DNA of 64,000 bases, taken from assembly GCA_964016885.1 (NCBI GenBank), contig OZ024740.1:435178001-435242000 (forward strand), read 5' to 3'. This DNA is from Eledone cirrhosa. Lineage: Eukaryota. Shown piece by piece: positions 12,601 through 26,300 of the stretch. The notes beneath the pieces were generated by a model, which saw nothing but the letters and a program-made list of their open reading frames with translations, was not told the origin of the DNA and did no database searches. Numbering within the stretch: the stretch's first letter is position 1; every line of letters begins with the position of its first letter. The position numbers and the translations under genes are program-made.

Positions 12601-15403
12601 TATACAGGATAGACATGGTTTCATAATCTCTCTAGCTGAGAACTAATTATAGAGTAACAGTCTATTGTTATAGACCAAACTTGTATACAAGATAGACATG
12701 GTCTCACAATCTCTCTAGCTGAGAACTAATTATAGAGTAACAGTCTATTGTTATAGACCAAACTTGTATACAGGATAGACATGGTCTCACAATCTCTCTA
12801 GCTGAGAACTAATTATAGAGTAACAGTCTATTGTTATAGACCAAACTTGTATACAAGATAGACATGGTCTCATAATCTCTCTAGCTGAGAACTAATTATA
12901 GAGTAACAGTCTATTGTTATAGACCAAACTTGTATACAAGATAGACATGGTCTCACAATCTCTCTAGCTGAGAACTAATTATAGAGTAACAGTCTATTGT
13001 TATAGACCAAACTTGTATACAAGATAGACATGGTCTCATAATCTCTCTAGCTGAGAACTAATTATAGAGTAACAGTCTATTGTTATAGACCAAACTTGTA
13101 TACAGGATAGACATGGTCTCACAATCTCTCTAGCTGAGAACTAATTATAGAGTAACAGTCTATTGTTATAGACCAAACTTGTATACAAGATAGACATGGT
13201 CTCACAATCTCTCTAGCTGAGAACTAATTATAGAGTAACAGTCTATTGTTATAGACCAAACTTGTATACAAGATAGACATGGTCTCATAATCTCTCTAGC
13301 TGAGAACTAATTATAGAGTAACAGTCTATTGTTATAGACCAAACTTGTATACAAGATAGACATGGTCTCATAATCTCTCTAGCTGAGAACTAATTATAGA
13401 GTAACAGTCTATTGTTATAGACCAAACTTGTATACAGGATAGACATGGTCTCATAATCTCTCTAGCTGAGAACTAATTATAGAGTAACAGTCTATTGTTA
13501 TAGACCAAACTTGTATACAAGATAGACATGGTCTCATAATCTCTCTAGCTGAGAACTAATTATAGAGTAACAGTCTATTGTTATAGACCAAACTTGTATA
13601 CAGGATAGACATGGTCTCATAATCTCTCTAGCTGAGAACTAATTATAGAGTAACAGTCTATTGTTATAGACCAAACTTGTATACAAGATAGACATGGTCT
13701 CACAATCTCTCTAGCTGAGAACTAATTATAGAGTAACAGTCTATTGTTATAGACCAAACTTGTATACAGGATAGACATGGTTTCATAATCTCTCTAGCTG
13801 AGAACTAATTATAGAGTAACAGTCTATTGTTATAGACCAAACTTGTATACAAGATAGACATGGTCTCATAATCTCTCTAGCTGAGAACTAATTATAGAGT
13901 AACAGTCTATTGTTATAGACCAAACTTGTATACAGGATAGACATGGTCTCATAATCTCTCTAGCTGAGAACTAATTATAGAGTAACAGTCTATTGTTATA
14001 GACCAAACTTGTATACAAGATAGACATGGTCTCACAATCTCTCTAGCTGAGAACTAATTATAGAGTAACAGTCTATTGTTATAGACCAAACTTGTATACA
14101 GGATAGACATGGTCTCATAATCTCTCTAGCTGAGAACTAATTATAGAGTAACAGTCTATTGTTATAGACCAAACTTGTATACAGGATAGACATGGTCTCA
14201 CAATCTCTCTAGCTGAGAACTAATTATAGAGTAACAGTCTATTGTTATAGACCAAACTTGTATACAAGATAGACATGGTCTCACAATCTCTCTAGCTGAG
14301 AACTAATTATAGAGTAACAGTCTATTGTTATAGACCAAACTTGTATACAGGATAGACATGGTCTCATAATCTCTCTAGCTGAGAACTAATTATAGAGTAA
14401 CAGTCTATTGTTATAGATCAAACTTGTATACAGGATAGACATGGTCTCACAATCTCTCTAGCTGAGAACTAATTATAGAGTAACAGTCTATTGTTATAGA
14501 CCAAACTTGTATACAAGATAGACATGGTCTCACAATCTCTCTAGCTGAGAACTAATTATAGAGTAACAGTCTATTGTTATAGACCAAACTTGTATACAAG
14601 ATAGACATGGTCTCACAATCTCTCTAGCTGAGAACTAATTATAGAGTAACAGTCTATTGTTATAGATCAAACTTGTATACAGGATAGACATGGTCTCACA
14701 ATCTCTCTAGCTGAGAACTAATTATAGAGTAACAGTCTATTGTTATAGACCAAACTTGTATACAAGATAGACATGGTCTCACAATCTCTCTAGCTGAGAA
14801 CTAATTATAGAGTAACAGTCTATTGTTATAGACCAAACTTGTATACAAGATAGACATGGTCTCACAATCTCTCTAGCTGAGAACTAATTATAGAGTAACA
14901 GTCTATTGTTATAGACCAAACTTGTATACAAGATAGACATGGTCTCACAATCTCTCTAGCTGAGAACTAATTATAGAGTAACAGTCTATTGTTATAGATC
15001 AAACTTGTATACAGGATAGACATGGTCTCATAATCTCTCTAGCTGAGAACTAATTATAGAGTAACAGTCTATTGTTATAGACCAAACTTGTATACAGGAT
15101 AGACATGGTCTCATAATCTCTCTAGCTGAGAACTAATTATAGAGTAACAGTCTATTGTTATAGACCAAACTTGTATACAGGATAGACATGGTCTCATAAT
15201 CTCTCTAGCTGAGAACTAATTATAGAGTAACAGTCTATTGTTATAGACCAAACTTGTATACAGGATAGACATGGTCTCACAATCTCTCTAGCTGAGAACT
15301 AATTATAGAGTAACAGTCTATTGTTATAGACCAAACTTGTATACAGGATAGACATGGTCTCATAATCTCTCTAGCTGAGAACTAATTATAGAGTAACAGT
15401 CTA
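9680..15403. repeat. 83-bp minisatellite (~69 copies)
   Basis: Unit gtctattgttatagaccaaacttgtataca(g/a)gatagacatggtctca(c/t)aatctctctagctgagaactaattatagagtaaca. Confidence 0.97.
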
Positions 15404-15533
15404 TAATGACCCATCTAATTCTTGCCGACCTGGAAAGTAGGCATAAAACTGATGATAGCAAAGATGATGATGATGGTGATGGTGATGGTGATGATGATGA
15501 TGGTGGTGGTATGTGTGTGGGTGGTGGTGGTGG

Positions 15534-15568
<35 letters not shown>

Positions 15569-15782
15569 GAAGAGCCTCCTGGGTGTATTGTCATTGGTAC
15601 TGCACTGTAACACTGGCAAAAAAAAAAAGAGTACTCAATACCAACTAGACCAGTTTACCTAACAATAAATATGTACTATAGAGTAAATCCTTAGAGTGGG
15701 AGAATGACAGAAGAAATCCTCAATTAAGTACTGAGAGAGGGAGAAGGGGGGGATACTGGATTATGCTACTCTCCTCACTACT

Positions 15783-16279
15783 ATCATCATCATCATCATC
15801 AGGTTTAGCGTCCGTGTTCCACGCTTGCATGGGTTTGGACGGGGGTTTTCCCACTTGAGGCAAGAGTGGTTGTCTTGCTCGCATAGGACTGTCTGGCGGG
15901 TTTTCTACAGTTGGATGCCCTTCCTAACACCAACCACATTTACAGTGTGGGGCTGGGAGGTTTTTACCGTGTTGCCTACACGGCCACATTACAGCGTGGA
16001 CTGTGTGTTTTTTTGTCATGACACCTACACGATCTCATTTGTTTCGGCCTGGATGTTGTGGCACCAACATAACTTTACATTGAAAGGGGCGGTGTGGATG
16101 GGGTGGTGGGACGGGGGGGGGGGGGGGGTGTTTTGATAGAGATGCCTACTGACTGTAGTAGGTTTTTACTTTGTATTTAGGTAAGGCGGGTCTTCTCTAT
16201 TACTGAGTACCGCCAAAGGTCTCGGTCCAGTGACATTGTCTTGGAGAGGTGTAAGCGTGTGAGGTCGGAATTTATCAGA
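15783..16279 (-). mobile_element. RTE LINE 3' end (same family as 44529 and 48385 copies)
   Basis: Reverse complement closely matches 51185-51656; (gat)n tail. Confidence 0.92.
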
Positions 16280-16419
16280 ATATTTTCTATATAAAGAAAT
16301 TTAATTTCTACAGAAAAATTCTACTGAATTTTATACTAAATTGTCAACTTGGTAAGTTTAGAACTAACAGGCAATCTCTATATATAATTGATAATTATAT
16401 TATTATTTTCTTTTGGGAA

Positions 16420-17362
16420 AACAGGTGGGAAACTTCTTTCGGACCAGTGTTGGTGTGAGACAGGGGGTGAGTACTTTGACCCATGTCGTTTAACTTGTTT
16501 TTAGAATGAATAGTGCAAGAAACCCTCAACGACCATGATACTTCAATCTCTGTCGGTGGTAGACCCGTCTGTAACCTATGCAGACGGCATTGACCTCATA
16601 GCAGGCAGTAACAACGATCTCCAAAACTTGACCAACAAACTTGTTCAAAGTGTAGAAACATATGGAATGAAGGTCAGCTCTGAGAAATCCAAAGTAATGG
16701 TGAATAACACAAGTAGCACCTGGGTCAACATCACCATAAACAGACATTCATTGGAGGAAGTGTCCAATTTGAAATACTTGGAAGAAGTCTTGTCAAAAGA
16801 TGGTACCTGCAACACAGAAATCCACACACGGATTGCTGCAGCTATGGTAGTGATGGCCAAATTGGCAAGAATATGGAGGAGCAGCATCAGTTTTCAGATC
16901 ATGTAGAGATTATACAAATCAATGGTAGTCTCATTCCTCCTATATGGGTGTGAAACCTGGACAGTTTTGGCAGAAACAGAGAGAAGGATCCAGGAGTTTG
17001 AGGACAAATGCGTGAGAAAACTCTTTCATATTTCCTATTGGGAATGTAAAACCAATGTATGTGTGGAGAAAGTTTGAAGGTTTTGTGGGTCACCAGGAAA
17101 CTCTCTTTGCCACTGTCAGCAGGAGGAAACTGGTGTGGTTTGGCCACGTCACATAACATAACAGGCCATCATGCATGGCACTGTTGAAGGTGGACGCAGG
17201 AGGGGACCCCAACACAAAAACTGGTTTGACAACGTCAAAGAATGGACGCACATGACTACACCAGATTTGTTGACGGTCGCCGTTGATATACTATTTTGAG
17301 GGTGTACTGCTTCTACAGTAGGATCCCCCCTACGACTACAGAAGTCAAGGGACTGATGATAA
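16420..17362 (+). mobile_element. Decayed RTE-type LINE, RT/thumb region and 3' end
   Basis: YADGIDLIAGS (YADD-like), SEKSKVM, LKYL, LLYGCETW and LVWFGHV motifs with frameshifts; ends tgatgataatg. Confidence 0.85.
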
Positions 17363-20300
17363 TGCATACTATCAGACCTCATATATAGCAGTTATATAAC
17401 TGCATAATATCAGACCTCATATATAGCAGTTATATAACTGTATACTATCAGACCTCATATATAGCAGTTATATAACTGTATACTATCAGACCTCATCTAT
17501 AGCAGTTATATAACTGTATACTATCAGACCTCATCTATAGCAGTTATATAACTGTATATTATCAGACCTCATCTATAGCAGTTATATAACTGTATACTAT
17601 CAGACCTGATCTATAGCAGTTATAGAACTGTATACTATCAGACCTCATATATAACAGTTATAGAACTGTATACTATCAGACCTCATATATAGCAGTTATA
17701 TAACTGTATACTATCAGACCTCATTTATAGCAGTTATAGAACTGTATACTATCAGACCTCATATATAGCAGTTATATAACTGTATACTATCAGACCTCAT
17801 TTATAGCAGTTATAGAACTGTATACTATCAGACCTCATTTATAGCAGTTATAGAACTGTATACTATCAGACCTCATATATAGCAGTTATATAACTGTAGA
17901 CTATATGACCTTATATATAACAGTTATATAACTGTATACTATCAGACCTCATATATAGCAGTTATATAACTGTAGACTATATGACCTTATATATAACAGT
18001 TATATAACTGTATACTATCAGACCTCATATAGAGCAGTTATATAACTGTATACTATCAGACCTCATATAGAGCAGTTATATAACTGTATACTATCAGACC
18101 TCATATAGAGCAGTTATATAACTGTAGACTATCAGACCTCATATAGAGCAGTTATATAACTGTATACTATCAGACCTCATATAGAGCAGTTATATAACTG
18201 TATACTATCAGACCTCATATATAACAGTTATATAACTGTATACTATCAGACCTCATATATAGCAGTTATATAACTGTAGACTATCAGACCTCATATATAG
18301 CAGTTATATAACTGTATACTATCAGACCTCATATAAAGCAGTTATATAACTTATACTATCAGACCTCATATATAACAGTTATATAACTCTATACTATCAG
18401 ACCTGATCTATAGCAGTTATAGAACTGTATACTATCAGACCTCATATATAACAGTTATAGAACTGTATACTATCAGACCTGATCTATAGCAGTTATAGAA
18501 CTGTATACAATCAGACCTCATTTATAGCAGTTATAGAACTGTATACTATCAGACCTCATATATAACAGTTATATAACTGTATACTATCAGACCTGATCTA
18601 TAGCAGTTATAGAACTGTATACTATCAGACCTCATATATAACAGTTATATAACTGTATACTATCAGACCTGATCTGTAGCAGTTATAAAACTGTAAACTA
18701 TCAGACCTCACATATAACAGTTATATAACTGTATACTATCAGACCTCATATATAACAGTTATAAAACTGTATACTATCAGACCTCAGTTTACAGTTATGT
18801 AACTGTTATATATGAGGTCTGATAGTATACAGTTCTATAACTGTTATAGATGACGTGTGATAGTATACAGTTATATAACTGTTATAGATCAGGTCTGATA
18901 GTATACAGTTATATAACTGCTATATATGAGGTCTGATAGTATACAGTTCGATAACTGCTATATATGAGGTCAGATAGTATACAGTTATATAACTGTTATA
19001 GATCAGGTCTGATAGTATACAGTTATATAACTGTTATATATGAGGTCTGATAGTTTACACTTCTATAACTGCTATATATGAGGTCTGATAGTATACAGTT
19101 CTATAAATGCTATAGATCCGGTCTGATAGTATACAGTTCTATAACTGTTATATTTGAGGTCTGACTGTATACAGTTCTATGACTGTTATATATGAGGTCT
19201 GATAGTATACAGTTCTATAACTGTTATATATGAAGTCTGATAGTCTACAGTTATATAAGTGTTATAGATCAGGTCTGATAGTATACAGTTATATAACTGC
19301 TATATATGAGGTCTGACAGTATACAGTTCTATAACTGCTATATATGAGATCTGATAATATACAGTTATATATATCAAACCTCATATATAGCAATTATATA
19401 ACTGTATACTATCATACCTGATATATAACTGTATACTATCAGACCAGATATATACCAGTTATATAACTGTAGACTATCAGATCTCATACATAACAGTTAT
19501 ATAACTGTATACTATCAGACCTCATATATATCAGTTATAGAACTGTATACTATCAAACCTCATATAGAACAGTTATATAACTGTAGACTATCAGACCTCA
19601 TATATAACAGTTATATAACTGTATACTATCAGACCTCATATATAACAGTTATAGAACTGTATACTATCAGACCTCATATATAACAGTTATATAACTGTAT
19701 ACTATCAGACCTCATATATAACAGTTATATGACTGTAGACTATCAGACCTCATATATAGCAGTTATATAACTGTAGACTATCAGACATGATCTATAGCAG
19801 TTATATAACTGTATACTATCAGACCTCATATATAGCAGTTATAGAACTGTATACTATCAGACCTCATATATAGCAGTTATATAACTGTATACTATCAGAC
19901 CTCATATATAGCAGTTATATAACTGTAGACTATCAGACCTCATATATAACAGTTATATAACTGTATACTATCAGACCTCATCTATAGCAGTTATATAACT
20001 GTATACTATCAGACCTCATATATAGCAGTTATATAACTGCATAATATCAGACCTCATCTACAGCAGTTATATAACTGTATACTATCAGACCTCATATATA
20101 GCAGTTATATGACTGTATACTATCAGACCTCATATATAACAGTTATATAACTGTATACTATCAGACCTGATCTATAGCAGTTATAGAACTGTATACTATC
20201 AGACCTCATATATAGCAGTTATATAACTGTATACTATCAGACCTCATTTATAGCAGTTATAGAACTGTATACTATCAGACCTCATATATAGCAGTTATAT

Positions 20301-23300
20301 AACTGTAGACTATATGACCTTATATATAACAGTTATATAACTGTATACTATCAGACCTCATATAGAGCAGTTATATAACTGTATACTATCAGACCTCATA
20401 TATAGCAGTTATATAACTTATACTATCAGACCTCATTTATAGCAGTTATAGAACTGTATACTATCAGACCTCATATATAACAGTTATATAACTGTATACT
20501 ATCAGACCTGATCTATAGCAGTTATAGAACTGTATACTATCAGACCTCATATATAACAGTTATATAACTGTATACTATCAGACCTGATCTATAGCAGTTA
20601 TAAAACTGTAAACTATCAGACCTCACATATAACAGTTATATAACTGTATACTATCAGACCTCATATATAACAGTTATAAAACTGTATACTATCAGACCTC
20701 AGTCTACAATTATGTAACTGTTATATATGAGGTCTGATAGTATAGAGTTCTATAACTGTTATAGATGACGTCTGATAGTATACAGTTATATAACTTTTAT
20801 ATATGAGGTCTGATAGTATACAGTTCGATAACTGCTATATATGAGGTCTGATAGTATACAGTTATATAACTGTTATAGATCAGGTCTGATAGTATACAGT
20901 TATATAACTGCTATATATGAGGTCTGATAGTATACAGTTCGATAACTGCTATATATGAGGTCTGATAGTATACAGTTATATAACTGTTATAGATCAGGTC
21001 TGATAGTATACAGTTATATAACTGTTATATATGAGGTCTGATAGTTTACACTTCTATAACTGCTATATATGAGGTCTAATAGTATACAGTTCTACAACTG
21101 CTATAGATCCGGTCTGATAGTATACAGTTCTATAACTGTTATATATGAGGACTGATAGTAGACAGTTCTATAACTGTTATATTTGAGGTCTGATTGTATA
21201 CAGTTCTATGACTGTTATATATGAGGTCTGATAGTATACAGTTCTATAACTGTTATATATGAAGTCTGATAGTCTACAGTTATATAAGTGTTATAGATCA
21301 GGTCTGATAGTATACAGTTATATAACTGCTATATATGAGGTCTGACAGTATACAGTTCTATAACTGCTATATATGAGATCTGATAATATACAGTTATATA
21401 TATCAAACCTCATATATAGCAATTATATAACTGTATACTATCAGACCTGATATATACCAGTTATATAACTGTAGACTATCAGATCTCATATATAACAGTT
21501 ATAGAACTGTATACTATCAGACCTGATCTATAGCAGTTATATAACTGTATACTATCAGACCTCATATATATCAGTTATAGAACTGTATACTATCAAACCT
21601 CATATAGAACAGTTATATAACTGTAGACTATCAGACCTCATATATAACAGTTATATAACTGTATACTATCAGACCTCATATATAACAGTTATAGAACTGT
21701 ATACTATCAGACCTCATATATAACAGTTATATAACGGTATACTATCAGACCTCATATATAACAGTTATATGACTGTAGACTATCAGACCTCATATATAGC
21801 AGTTATATAACTGTAGACTATCAGACATGATCTATAGCAGTTATATAACTGTATACTATCAGACCTCATATATAGCAGTTATATAACTGTAGACTATCAG
21901 ACATGATCTATAGCAGTTATATAACTGTATACTATCAGACCTCATATATAGCAGTTATATAACTGTAGACTATCAGACCTCATATATAACAGTTATATAA
22001 CTGTATACTATCAGACCGCATTTATAGCAGCTATAGAACTGTATACTATCAGACCTCATATATAACAGTTACAGAACTGTATACTATCAGACCTGATCTA
22101 TAGCAGTTATAAAACTGTAAACTATCAGACCTCACATATAACAGTTATATAACTGTATACTATCGGACCTCATATATAACAGTTATAAAACTGTATACTA
22201 TAGAGACCTCAGTCTAAAGTTATGTAACTGCTATATATGAGGTCTGATAGTATACAGTTCTATAACTGTTATAGATGACGTCTGATAGTATACAGTTATA
22301 TAACTTTTGTATATGAGATCTGATAGTATACAGTTCTATAACTGCTATATATGAGGTCTGATAGTATACAGTTATATAACTGTTATAGATCAGGTCTGAT
22401 AGTATACAGTTATATAACTGTTATATATGAGGTCTGATAGTTTACAGTTCTATAACTGTTATATATGAGGTCTGATAGTAGACAGTTCTATAACTGTTAT
22501 ATTTGAGGTCTGATAGTATACAGTTCTATAACTGTTATATATGAGGTCTGACAGTATACAATTCTATAACTGCTATATATGAGGTCTGATAATATACAGT
22601 TGTAGTGACCTACATTCCGCGGGCTCACATACATTCTCTGTGCGTGATTTGGCTCAGTTCAGCCAATCAGCGCCAGTAGAAGAGGATGTATCCCTACGCG
22701 CCCTGAGGAAGAAATTCCCCGCGAAGATTTGAAGAATCTCTCTCTTGAACCGGAAACTTCAAGCCAGCAACACGCATAATGTAACAGTGAGATATTGCAC
22801 CCCTAACCTCGCCGGCTTAACGGCGCAATGGCACATTCCCTTTTGTAACCTCTTTTTATCTGTAACTTCAACCATATAAATAAACAAACATTTCATCTCT
22901 AATTACTGTGGTTGAAGTCGTTATTATGTTACTCGTGTCTCAATAACAACTTTAATCCATGCTGCTGGAATTGGCGACCTGACGAAAGGAATATTGTAAA
23001 TAGATGGTAAATAGATCGAGGGACCTTCAATCATCTACCCTGTTAAAGTAACGACGATTGATTCTACCACCCTGCTAAATTGGCGATAACATCTATAACT
23101 AATAACTGCTAAAGCGGTGACCGACGTAAGAACATCACGCAACCCTTCTTATTCATTCAGTTTAACTTTTATTGCCACGTCGCAACTTGCGAAAATCCAG
23201 AATATTCCTTTTAAGATTTTTGAAAAATTAGCAGTATTTCAAAAACTTTTTCGCCACGAAAAAAATTTCAAGATGGCTACCGACATGTCATGGCTACGCT

Positions 23301-26300
23301 TGACAACAACAATGACAGCAGCAGCGACAGCGTTGTTTAACCACTGACCAATACAGGGAACAGTGAGTGGCAGCTTCATAACCTTACCGACGCCAACCAC
23401 CATACATCGGAAATTTCAAAACGACTTGTAACTTTACCGACGCAACCACCATACCTTCTGTCTCATTACCACAGGAACGCGAGAAATTGAGACAGTAGTT
23501 TTCTCACCATTATGGCGTCAGACGTGACTGCCATATTTGGTGACTCCTACTCTACAGAAGATTCTTTGACTTTGCTTTAACAATAAGCAACAAAACCTTC
23601 GGGACGGTAAAATGGCCACGAAATCTCACAAAAACACCATACATCTAACCCCTAACGGCAGTAACAAACTTCTTTTTCAGTTTTCAGATAGAACTAGTGT
23701 CTGTACACTGGTGATGTGTGAACTATTTGACTTTGAAAAACTTTGAACTTATTGAGCAATTTCTCTGCTCCCCTAGATTGACTTTGAATTATCAGTTTGT
23801 TACATTCACATATTTCTTTGTAGAATGCATTTACTTGTTTTGTGCTCTTTTGCTATTTGCTTGCTCATGGTTTTTGTTCATTCACATTCTTTGCTGTTTT
23901 ACATGCCTGCATATGCACACATTTTTTTTATCACACACCAACATGTTGTTCTTGGTATATGTTCTTCAAACGTAATATTCTGCAAGTCCCTTTTCACCTG
24001 GTTGAGATGCTGTCACATGCTAGCAGCTCACAGAGCTTAATCCACTGGATTCAAACAGTCACCGCAACACGAGAATACTAATTGCCGCTGAACTCAAACA
24101 GCTTCGCATCTCGTTGCACACTGATCGTCCATGACGGCCATCCGTCTTGTTGTTTTTGCCCGACTCGCTGGGAAAGCAACAAATTGAACTGGACTTGTTA
24201 GCATTTCGGCCACTTCTGTGGATTCGCCCGAATTATGGAATTTACACTGCAACCCACCTACAGATTAAACTTGTCTTTTGTTCTTTACAAAGCAACCAGC
24301 CATTTTTTCCTGGCTCCACAGCACATTCGACAATACATCTGGGGGCCATCATTTTCTCGCCAGCACTGGTAAACTACCATAATAGCTTCGTTCACAGCTA
24401 CTGGTACAACGCTTACCATTAACATTTAATGCAAGAACAGCAACTCCGCCCAAGTCAGACTTTATCCGTTTTTTGTTAGACCTTTGGCGGTCACGTATAA
24501 ACAACAAAACAACTGGTCATTTGACACAGCGGCTCAACACGGCCCGTAGCGCCTAATTTTTTGTTCTTGCATGCAACCTTCTGCTCAATTATTTTTTCAT
24601 TGATGTGCTCTTTCAGCATTTGTTCTTGCTGATTTAATAATATGTGGGTCCTTGGTTTCTTCGTTATCGATTTTCGGCTGAAAATCTGGTCGGAGGTGAT
24701 GTAGTGACCTACATTCCTCGGGCTCACATACATTCTCTGTGCGTGATTTGGCTCAGTTCAGCCAATCAGCGCCAGTAGAAGAGGATGTATCCCTACACGC
24801 CCTGAGGAAGAAATTCCCCGCGAAGATTTGAAGAATCTCTCTCTTGAACCGGAAACTTCAAGCCAGCAACACGCATAATGTAACAGTGAGATATTGCACC
24901 CCTAGCCTCGCCGGCTTAACGGCGCAATGGCACATTCCCTTTTGTAACCTCTTTTTATCTGTAACTTCAACCATATAAATAAACAAACATTTCATCTCTA
25001 ATTACTGCGGTTGAAGTCGTTATTATGTTACTCGTGTCTCAATAACAACTTTAATCCATGCTGCTGGAATTGGCGACCTGACGAAAGGAATATTGTAAAT
25101 AGATGGTAAATAGATCGAGGGAGCTTCAATCATCTACCCTGTTAAAGTAACGACCACTGATTCTACCACCCTGCTAAAGTGGCGATAACATCTATAACTA
25201 ATAACTGCTGATAGTTTACAGTTCTATAACTGGTATATATGAGGTCTGATAGTAGACAGTTCTATAACTGTTATATTTGAGGTCTGATAGTATACAGTTC
25301 TATAACTGTTATATATGAGGTCTGACAGTATACAGTTCTATAACTGTTATATATGCGGTCTGATAGTTTACAGTTCTATAACTGTTATATATGAGGTCTG
25401 ATAGTAGACAGTTCTATAACTGTTATATTTGAGGTCTGATAGTATACAGTTCTATAACTGTTATATATGAGGTCTGACAGTATACAGTTCTATAACTGCT
25501 ATATATGAGGTCTGATAGTAGACAGCTATATATATCAAACCTCATATATAGCAATTATATAACTGTATACTATCAGACCTGATATATACCAGTTATATAA
25601 CTGTAGACTATCAGATCTCATATATAACAGTTATAGAACTGTATACTATCAAACCTGATCTATAGCAGTTATATAACTGTATACTATCAGACCTCATATA
25701 TATCAGTTATAGAACTGTATACTATCAAACCTCATATAGAACAGTTATATAACTGTAGACTATCAGACCTCATATATAACAGTTATATAACTGTATACTA
25801 TCAGACCTCATATATAACAGTTATATGACTGTAGACTATCAGACCTCATATATAGCAGTTATATAACTGTAGACTATCAGACATGATCTATAGCAGTTAT
25901 ATAACTGTATACTATCAGACCCCATATATAGCAGTTATAGAACTGTATACTATCAGACCTCATATATAACAGTTATATAAGTGTAGACTATCAGACCTCA
26001 TATATAGCAGTTACATAACTATACTATCAGACCTCATATATAACAGTTATATAACTGTATACTATCAGACCTCATATATAACAGTTATGAAACTGTATAC
26101 AATCAGACCTCATATATAACAGTTACAGAACTGTATACTATCAGACCTCATCTATAGCAGTGATATAACTGTAGACTATCAGACCTATAAATAACAGTTA
26201 TATAACTGTATACTATCAGATCCGATCTATAGTAGTTATATAACTGTATACTATCAGACCTCATATATAGCAGTTATATAACTCTAGACTATCAGACCTC

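Noticed and set aside
22700-22990. ctgagga and ctgacga motifs in the LTR suggesting Penelope hammerhead ribozymes
   Set aside because: No convincing stem II plus GAAA core; TG start, PBS and PPT fit an LTR retrotransposon better
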